Below are positions 18,444 to 26,112 of a stretch of 33,501 nt of DNA, piece after piece (positions within the stretch are counted from its first letter, which is position 1; each line of letters opens with the position of its first letter). The stretch covers positions 1-33,501 of the forward strand of contig JBHLRP010000034.1 of NCBI GenBank assembly GCA_048882485.1, given 5' to 3'. The notes under the pieces were generated by a model. That model did not search any database, was not told the DNA's origin, and was given only the letters and a program-made list of their open reading frames with translations. The stretch comes from Candidatus Thorarchaeota archaeon. GTDB lineage: Archaea; Asgardarchaeota; Thorarchaeia; Thorarchaeales; Thorarchaeaceae. Both the position numbers and the translations under genes were made by a program.

Positions 18444-19754
18444 ATGAATGATGCTGATACAATGAGAAGCCTCCATGACTCATTTAGACGATTATTGGAG
18501 ATTGCTGTTGGGAGATTCGAATCAGGTAGGTATGGATCCACTGCCATCTTTGCCATTGAGGGCATCCTCAGAAACTCGAGTGAGATGAAGCAGACTATTG
18601 AACTTATTCGAGAAGCGGCAGCCGAAACTCGGCAGCTCGAAGTCATGAGTGGTGAAGGGCTGGATGCGGCGCTATCAAAAGTCATCAGTCGCCTTGTTAC
18701 CGAGTGTTTCCTGCCTGATGGACCTCCAGAGGTGAATCGGAAGAATCTGGAATGTGCACTTGAGGATTTGAATAGTTGCTCGTCAGTCAAGATACCTCTG
18801 GGTAGGTTCTGGTGCTACGTCCAGCAACTTGAGATGGATGATGAGATCATCGACATTGATGGTCCCTTACGTCTGAGAAAGGCCACTCCTATTGAGAGAG
18901 CACATTTCATCAGCCAGGGTCTTGCTGTTGGAGGGAGAACTGAGGCGGAGGTCATTGCGGAAACGATGCCTACCACGAAGACCTCAAAGAGCCGCAATGG
19001 CGCCAAGGGACCAAGACAGGTGATTCGGGGTGATATTCTGCCTGAGTTTGATCTCTTAGTGAGCGCTCTCCGACTCTTATCACCTAGTTCCGTCGGTGTG
19101 AATCAGGTGACTAACGACGAGAGCCCAAGAAAGGGTATGGTTGTAATAAGTCTACATCACAACACTAGACCTGATGTGCATCCAGCTGCCTTCAGCAGAA
19201 GATGGAACGCCAAATGCATCTTAAACCATATACAGAGGAAGCTCCTGATAAAGCTGCATAGAAGACTCAGAAAGGCAGTCAGAATGGACCATGAAGAAGT
19301 TCCACGGCTGCTTAGATCCCTGCGGAGGTACAATCGTGCAATCTGCAACGACTTCATTGAGGATGAGGTAATAGACCTCTCAATTATCCTAGAAACAATT
19401 GTTCGAGCAGGAGGTGAGGAAATGGCTTCAAGAATTGCTACTATTACTAGCACATCGGACAGTCAGCGTGCTGAAGTTGAGATGAAACTGAAGAGGATTC
19501 ATAGGTCAGTCAGAGGCCCTCTGGTTCATGGAGCCTCATTCGAATCAAAGAACACATCCTTGATCAATGAACTGCTTTGGATTGCGTCTAATGCCTTGAG
19601 AGCTTATCTAATCCTCTTCAACATCAGGGGAGGGCTTATTGATTATATAATCAAAGTCGACTCTAGCCGGCAGGAGAGAAACAAGCTGAATGTTAGATTG
19701 TCCAACTGGCTAGATTCAGAACAAGGACACCACTGGAACGATATTGTAAGTTGA
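18444..19754 (+). CDS. ApeA-like HEPN domain protein (putative antiviral RNase)
   Basis: LRRYNRA...IDLSIILETIV...RIA...RGPLVHG carries the Rx4H HEPN motif after a large N-terminal domain. Confidence 0.75.
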   Translation: MNDADTMRSLHDSFRRLLEIAVGRFESGRYGSTAIFAIEGILRNSSEMKQTIELIREAAAETRQLEVMSGEGLDAALSKVISRLVTECFLPDGPPEVNRKNLECALEDLNSCSSVKIPLGRFWCYVQQLEMDDEIIDIDGPLRLRKATPIERAHFISQGLAVGGRTEAEVIAETMPTTKTSKSRNGAKGPRQVIRGDILPEFDLLVSALRLLSPSSVGVNQVTNDESPRKGMVVISLHHNTRPDVHPAAFSRRWNAKCILNHIQRKLLIKLHRRLRKAVRMDHEEVPRLLRSLRRYNRAICNDFIEDEVIDLSIILETIVRAGGEEMASRIATITSTSDSQRAEVEMKLKRIHRSVRGPLVHGASFESKNTSLINELLWIASNALRAYLILFNIRGGLIDYIIKVDSSRQERNKLNVRLSNWLDSEQGHHWNDIVS

Positions 19755-19800
19755 TAACTCCACATGTTTTATGCAGTTCTGTGAATATTAGATTTCGTGG

Positions 19801-20532
19801 TTATAGTATGAGCTTTCTCTCCAATATATCAAGCGCAACCTCTGTTCCTTTGGCACCTAGGTACCATGCACCTTGGTTGAACTTTGTGTGGAAAACACTC
19901 CCACGAATACAAGCCTTGGTAATTGCCCTCTGAATGGTATTAATGCTGTTTTCATGTGTGGCTAGCCCTATTTTCTCTGCAATCTTCCTAACCCATGTGT
20001 CAACAGGATGGAGCAAAACGAAGTCGTCCTCATCTATGAAACTCTCAAGTTGGAAAAGGTCAACCACATCTCTGAGATAGAACGATGTAATCTTGGGACC
20101 GAACTGAAATATTGACTTAAGTTCCAAATAGTGTTCTCGAAGTCTTCCTCTTTCTATCTCGAATTTGGTTCTTGCCACAATGCTTGAAGAAGGTTTTTCT
20201 ATGCAGTACTTCAGAACACTCAAAATCATCTTGATGTCGTTTCCTCTACCAATCTTTCCAGGGCCAATGACTTCAGAGAGCTGACTCTCAATGCGTTTTA
20301 GGCCATCATCATTCAAGTTGGCAATTCCTTTCTTTAGAACAGGTTCCAGAATTGAGTCTGCAGATTCTCTTACTCTACTTGAAACAATGTCTCGTCGTCC
20401 CTGGAAGTACATTCTACCTGAAAGGTACTTCCAACTTTCCCACCAGTCATTGAGAACAGCCGCGGAATCTTCCTCCTGATGATAGTAAAGCTCCCCAATA
20501 CGAGCAATCTTTCGGACGAGGTCTATATTCAT
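19801..20532 (-). CDS. HhH-GPD superfamily DNA glycosylase-like protein
   Basis: FQFGPKITSFYLRD hairpin with Lys and HPVDTWVRKI with Asp; no Fe-S Cys motif. Confidence 0.7.
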   Translation of the reverse strand: MNIDLVRKIARIGELYYHQEEDSAAVLNDWWESWKYLSGRMYFQGRRDIVSSRVRESADSILEPVLKKGIANLNDDGLKRIESQLSEVIGPGKIGRGNDIKMILSVLKYCIEKPSSSIVARTKFEIERGRLREHYLELKSIFQFGPKITSFYLRDVVDLFQLESFIDEDDFVLLHPVDTWVRKIAEKIGLATHENSINTIQRAITKACIRGSVFHTKFNQGAWYLGAKGTEVALDILERKLIL

Positions 20533-20819
20533 CGTGATTCGCCAAATTTCATGAACCAGCCTGCTTCAATATTATCAGCCACTCGGATTTGGTTTTATGG
20601 AGTATCAATATCCACAGTGGACGACCAAAAGCCACACTTCCAATCTCGTTTAATAGTTGAATCAAATGACAGCTGGAATTACTGCTCTAAGAACCAGCCT
20701 AGCATGTCCATCATCCTTGAGGGCGAAATATTGCACAGTTCCATAGGAAATTAACCATTCCTTATCTTTCCACTGGAAATTAGATTAGATGATTCTGGCT
20801 CAGATTTCACCTATTCTAG

Positions 20820-21716
20820 TTAATATTCAGTGTCAATCTGTTCGAAGAAAGCATCATCAATCTCATTGATTGCGTACTGCTCCACCACTTCCACTCCAAG
20901 GCCATGGTCAATCATCAGCTCTGCAAGCTTCTCTCCATCAACGAGAACAACACTGGGATCCCTCTGTTCCATTGCAGGCTTTGAAAACTGTGAGGTTGTG
21001 ATGAGTATCCCCTTCCTTGCCCCCTTCCTAGCAAGGGCCCCCTCGAAGGCAGTCACCACAGGATCTCCGACTGTCCTATCCCATTGTTTGGCTTGAATGT
21101 ATATCTTGTAGAGCCCAAGCTTGTCCTGCCAGATGATTCCGTCTATTCCTTGGTCACCGGAACCACCAGTAACGAAAGATGAGTCTTCAAGACCGTATCC
21201 CATCTTGTTCAGAAGTTTCACAACGAGGCGCTCAAAGGCGCGATAAGATATCTCTCTTGTCTTCTTCAGGACGTCCTGCACTAAGATGCTTCTGAGTTCC
21301 TTGCAATTTTCAATCATAGACTCTCGCGGTCCACCAGGAGTCTCCTCCTCTTCTTCTCTCTCCTTGTCCTTCTTTATACGTTCTCTATGTTCCCGATACT
21401 TCTCGAACTTCATGAGATATTTCCTATCCATCTGCTCAACACCAGATTCCAGCTCCTCTTTTCCATCGGGTGTGATGAGGAACTTGCCTCGTCCAGCAGG
21501 TTCGAGGAGTCCCGCACGTTTCAGTTCATGTAGTGCCCAACCAACACGATTGCTGATGACTGACTGTCCATGCTTCAAGGTTCTAGCTCTATCCTCCTTC
21601 GATAGCTTGAACTCATCAGCCACGGCACTGACCACGTCCTTGAAGACCTTGACTTCGCCATCGCTAGCATATCTCAGAAGTGTGATCATACATTCTTGAA
21701 ACGAAGGTATTGTCAT
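20820..21716 (-). CDS. mrr: Mrr type IV restriction endonuclease
   Basis: Mrr N-terminus (MTIPSFQ...NRVGWA...KRAGLLE) and catalytic FERLVVKLL.KMGYG...DQGIDG...YIQAKQW. Confidence 0.93.
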   Translation of the reverse strand: MTIPSFQECMITLLRYASDGEVKVFKDVVSAVADEFKLSKEDRARTLKHGQSVISNRVGWALHELKRAGLLEPAGRGKFLITPDGKEELESGVEQMDRKYLMKFEKYREHRERIKKDKEREEEEETPGGPRESMIENCKELRSILVQDVLKKTREISYRAFERLVVKLLNKMGYGLEDSSFVTGGSGDQGIDGIIWQDKLGLYKIYIQAKQWDRTVGDPVVTAFEGALARKGARKGILITTSQFSKPAMEQRDPSVVLVDGEKLAELMIDHGLGVEVVEQYAINEIDDAFFEQIDTEY

Positions 21717-21932
21717 TTACTGCCTCCCCTAGGAGAATATTCAGCCCCGACATAAAGGCATATCTCATCTACAGCTGGGCACGTTCGAGCTATTGCTACA
21801 AGGACATCTCTACTTCGTCAGGAAGTGGTTCGAAACCCAGCCCAAAGAGCTGGACGGGGATTATAGAGATGGATGGCCTCTTGATATCTATGGTCTTTAT
21901 CAAAGCCGCCACAGGACGAAGCCCCGATTCAT

Positions 21933-22190
21933 ATGAGTCATACAGTTAGAACGGTGAGAGAGGCTATCCAGATAGAGGAGTCCAAGTGGAAACCCTTCCG
22001 CAGGCAGCTCAAGGGTAAGAACAGGGACAGGTTGGACCAGGTGGTCAACTATGCTCGCACCTATGCTAATGCAGGCTCAAGAACAGCGAAGACACACACT
22101 CCCAACCTTGTGCATATGGGTCAAGTATTTCCACCTTGTATGTTGAAGATGGGCTCAAATCAGTATGGCCTTTTAACCAGTTCACCTTAA
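21933..22190 (+). pseudogene. PPB2/arCOG07300-like PolB2-associated protein, C-terminally diverged
   Basis: MSHTVRTVREAIQIEESKWKPFRRQLKGKNRDRLDQVVNYARTYANAGS matches the recalled family pattern MGRT...W..FRR.L...DR..FD.....AR....A.S; the tail looks unrelated. Confidence 0.7.
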
Positions 22191-22888
22191 TGAACTACAG
22201 ATTCATACTCATTGACAACGCACTCTTTGATTCATTCAGAGATATTCGTGCTGAGTGATTGTAGAATCGGGTTTCAATGTTTCAGAGTCTGACAGTTTTT
22301 CCGAAGCTTTTTGTATATTCCCAAAAAAGGAGGAGAATGGCACTGAAGCCCCCTTTTCAGGATCCAGCAAGACCGTTCTCCCAAATTACTCTGTTGCATA
22401 AAGCAATATCCGGATGCTCCTGAGCGATTAACATACCTCAAGGCATCATCATCGCTGCCTAAGAAGAAGTGAAATAGTCGAATGCCAGTTTTTGAAAAAG
22501 GTATATGTTCGTATCGCTTGAGAGCAAAATGGTGCCGCAGGCTTGATATTCTTCTAGACACCCACTCAATACTCATCCCAATCTCATTGCTCTATCATCC
22601 GATTGGACTTCCAGCTGCGCTGTATACACTGGATTGACCCCATACTTTTTGAAGAATCTCTAATTCTGTTCGTCAGAACAGTCACCAATTCGATGAAAGA
22701 AAAGTCAATGTAGGCTCCCGGTCGATTTGAAACCGAGGATTGTCTCGTAGAGATGTGGTGGCTAGTGGATACTCAGTATTCTCCTTTGGAAGTTGCATGG
22801 ATTTGAAGAATCGTTGCTCTTCAGTTTCTGCGTTCTGGATCACTGGTACCTTATTCCACGTATTATGGTCTTGTATCTTGCTCTCTAA

Positions 22889-23626
22889 TTAGCACCCAGT
22901 TGCAGCGATGGCGCTAACAACAGCAGAAGTTCCCACAGCTATCTTAAACACAAAGACACAACCTACCCATACTAGGCAATTCATTAAAACGTAGATTCCG
23001 ATTCCTGCAACTGCTGCGATTAGATACCATTTCCACTCCTCCAAAGGCGAATGGTATTCGCCCCGCCCTCGGGTCTTGCTCTTTGACCTTTGGTTCACCA
23101 AGTTGTTGAGATTCTCTTCCACGCGACCTAGGAGAGTTCCAATATTACTATCCTCCATCATCACATTAAATGAACTCTCCGCTATATCCACAAGCTCTTC
23201 AGCTACTTCAGGTTCTAAGTCGTATTCCAAGAGTTCACGTCTGAAGCTGTCCATTACTTGTCTGCGACTATCTTTCAGTTTTTCAGGGCTTTTTAGAACA
23301 TTGTTCAGTTGTGAGAGCTTGGTGTCGCTTAGTCGGGACCTGCATTCTTTCAGCTGTTTTATAGCTCGCTTGATGTGTTTCATACTATCCTTGTGATGAC
23401 GGTCTTCTAACTTATCCAAGTAGTCGATAGAGTCATGAAAACCAAGAATGCTGGCACGACGTTTAGCCTTGAATGACATTTCACTGCGAATAATAGCCTC
23501 TGCTCCACTCCACAGTGAATCCGAGAATTCACCAAGCCCAACAGTATCCTCATTAATATCTCTCCATTCTGCGATAGACTCCTTTCGCAATGGTATCTTC
23601 CAAAAGACCTCCTTCTTATGTTGCAT
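22889..23626 (-). CDS. Hypothetical helical protein with C-terminal hydrophobic, Cys-containing hairpin
   Basis: Charged helical first ~190 aa, basic linker RSKSKTRGRG, then HSPLEEWKWYLIAAVAGIGIYVLMNCLVWVGC...AATGC. Confidence 0.8.
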   Translation of the reverse strand: MQHKKEVFWKIPLRKESIAEWRDINEDTVGLGEFSDSLWSGAEAIIRSEMSFKAKRRASILGFHDSIDYLDKLEDRHHKDSMKHIKRAIKQLKECRSRLSDTKLSQLNNVLKSPEKLKDSRRQVMDSFRRELLEYDLEPEVAEELVDIAESSFNVMMEDSNIGTLLGRVEENLNNLVNQRSKSKTRGRGEYHSPLEEWKWYLIAAVAGIGIYVLMNCLVWVGCVFVFKIAVGTSAVVSAIAATGC

Positions 23627-24292
23627 CTAAAAACCTCCATTGGCTGCATTTCCATTAGAAACGAGGGAACCTAGCCTTGCTTGATGGATGTGTGCTCTTT
23701 TGCAGTCTAAGATAGCAGTATGTCCGCCGATCTAGAATCGGATAATGCCTAGTGCCGCACTTCAACTCTGTATTTCCCTCTGTCTGCGCGGCACATCTTG
23801 CCCTATCAGGTGAAATGCGTACGCCAGCTAATCAACCATTCATTTGATATAACTCTTTCCACAAAGGGGGCTTTTCGATTGAAACCAAACGATCAACCGA
23901 TGATAGGGATGGCAATATGAGTTCATGTGCAGAACTCGTCATAGTTCGCATCTCATTCAACCTATTGCGACAATGTGAGTTATTAGTCCCGAGTCTTAAA
24001 AAACCGAAATCTTATCTCTCTAATGGATTTTGAAAGCTTATATAAGATAGATTTCTGAATCCTAATCACAACGATTTCTTCATCTTATACAGAATTTATA
24101 ATCATTTGACAATCAATCGAAACTTTCATATCGAAGGTCATAGTTCTAAATAGTTGTAGGTTCGTTGATGGAATCTAGGATTCACTGATTCGAGAACGCA
24201 CTACTTCTGATTCCGAACCAAAGCAGTTTAGAGAACATTAGAAAAGGCATCCAAATAACTGGATCCCTTAATCACTCAGAGGAGGAATAGGC

Positions 24293-26095
24293 ATGGCTGA
24301 AACATTCCGAGGCCGCTGGCGAATTACTGTTAAGGGTAGACAAGCATCCTTCGATCAGCGCTTTGTGATAACAGGCAGTGACACTAGTGATGGCACATAT
24401 CCCGGCGTCGTGGGGTCTCCGGAAATCATTGTTGACGGAGCTGCAGGCTGGCAAGTTCAAATCCAGCATAACGATGGAAGTGGATGGAAAGATTCATTGA
24501 TGCGTCAGGCAAACCAAGTCGTTAATGGGGCAAGTCTTCAATTGGACATCGAGTCTGAAGATTGGACTGACATGGATTGGACTGATTTAGTATTAGCAAT
24601 GGAGAAAGTGGGTCCGATTATTACAATTCCAATAAGACCCTATGCAATTGAAACAATATCTCTCCAAATGATGCCCGATGGAATATTTGAATCCGCCCTT
24701 GGGGGTTACTTCATGGGAGTCCGTGTGATGAATATCTGGGGCAAGCCATTCAAGGAAGGGCAATACATTGAAGTCACGCGCCAGAGTCGAGTCCTACTCG
24801 CTGCTCAGAACATACGGATTATCGATACATGGTCTCAGGCGGAGTTACAGTCTTTCAATCAGCAATTGTATGAAACGGGTGTGGTTATTGGGGCTCTGGA
24901 ACCTTTTCAATCTAGAACCATCTACTTCAAGATTGACTGCGGGGGTGCGATGCCACACAAGCCTACAGTGGAGTTTGTATGCCGAGAACCCAATCCTATG
25001 CCTGATCCAGATTCTTCGCGACGCAAAGCTTCATACACTATCTACGTGACTAGGAGTTACATTGATCCTGTGAACCATGAGATGGTGGCTGAAGCACCTG
25101 AGGGAAGAATAAGAATGGCCCTACGAGAGGCTATAGTAGATACAATATCAGCGAGGAAAGGACGAAGGCGTCGTAAGAAGCCACCAGCTCCCACACAAGC
25201 GACTGGAGAACTGCAGTCCATCTTGAAGAAACTCAAGACAGGACGTTTTCAGGATCTATGTCAGCTGCATAAGCTTCTTCATTGCTATTGTAATTGTCTA
25301 GATTTGCTTCGAGTGGATGACGATCCGACTAAGCCTAAAGACCCACGCTTCGAGTATGATCCCTTTTTAGTTTTGCCAACCAAATTCACATATACACTGC
25401 AATGCACGCCGTATGAAGGAGTCCACAGTCCATTGCCATTTCAAGATCCTTGGTGGAAAGTTCTACTCCTGGTGATTGCAATAGTTCTTCTCATCGCTGG
25501 TATGATTAGCGAAGGTGCTGATCTCGCATATCAAGATGAGGATCTTATTATCGGTTCTCTTGAAGAATGGCAAAGGCATGATATTGATGCTGCCCTCACA
25601 AGACTCAATGACCACAGGACTCTACCGATCCCGTTTCTCCAGTATCTTGACGCTCAGAATGGTGAGGTCAGTACTATACCAGTCGAACCAGTCGGGGCTC
25701 CCACGCTGGGAGGTGTAGTTTCACTTCCAGGTGAAGTCATGACAAAACAAGAGATCATTGACATTCTGGCTTTTGGCACCCGGGACGATAAACGAGTTTT
25801 TAAGACCGGTGCAAGGACGGGTTTGACCCACGCCCTCATCGATGGTCTGAGCCCCTGGTCGGATGCAAGGGATGATGGCACGATGTTCACAATCGACCAG
25901 GTGCATTTTGCACGCGATCCAGACAATAATATGCCAATTAGCAGAAAAGGAGACTCAGGCTCAGTATGGATACATAAGAATAGTATGAAGCTGGTGGCTC
26001 TTAATCACAGCGGCAGTAAAGACGAGAGCGGCAATAGCGCATGGGGTTCTCTAATTGAAGACATTGTATCGAAACTAGGTATTCGATTCTCATAG
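24293..26095 (+). CDS. LecB-like N-domain, TM helix and C-terminal half (Asp+Ser) of trypsin-like serine protease
   Basis: RBS GGAGG. SEDWTDMDWTD motif, TM WWKVLLLVIAIVLLIAG, DIDAAL (D432), VFKTGARTGLT, KGDSGS (S555), LVALNHSG. No catalytic-His motif found. Confidence 0.85.
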   Translation: MAETFRGRWRITVKGRQASFDQRFVITGSDTSDGTYPGVVGSPEIIVDGAAGWQVQIQHNDGSGWKDSLMRQANQVVNGASLQLDIESEDWTDMDWTDLVLAMEKVGPIITIPIRPYAIETISLQMMPDGIFESALGGYFMGVRVMNIWGKPFKEGQYIEVTRQSRVLLAAQNIRIIDTWSQAELQSFNQQLYETGVVIGALEPFQSRTIYFKIDCGGAMPHKPTVEFVCREPNPMPDPDSSRRKASYTIYVTRSYIDPVNHEMVAEAPEGRIRMALREAIVDTISARKGRRRRKKPPAPTQATGELQSILKKLKTGRFQDLCQLHKLLHCYCNCLDLLRVDDDPTKPKDPRFEYDPFLVLPTKFTYTLQCTPYEGVHSPLPFQDPWWKVLLLVIAIVLLIAGMISEGADLAYQDEDLIIGSLEEWQRHDIDAALTRLNDHRTLPIPFLQYLDAQNGEVSTIPVEPVGAPTLGGVVSLPGEVMTKQEIIDILAFGTRDDKRVFKTGARTGLTHALIDGLSPWSDARDDGTMFTIDQVHFARDPDNNMPISRKGDSGSVWIHKNSMKLVALNHSGSKDESGNSAWGSLIEDIVSKLGIRFS

Positions 26096-26112
26096 GAGGT
26101 TGCAGTCTAAAT

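Noticed and set aside
22274-22576. 100-aa minus-strand ORF
   Set aside because: No motif or clear start context; possibly a pseudogene fragment but cannot be supported.
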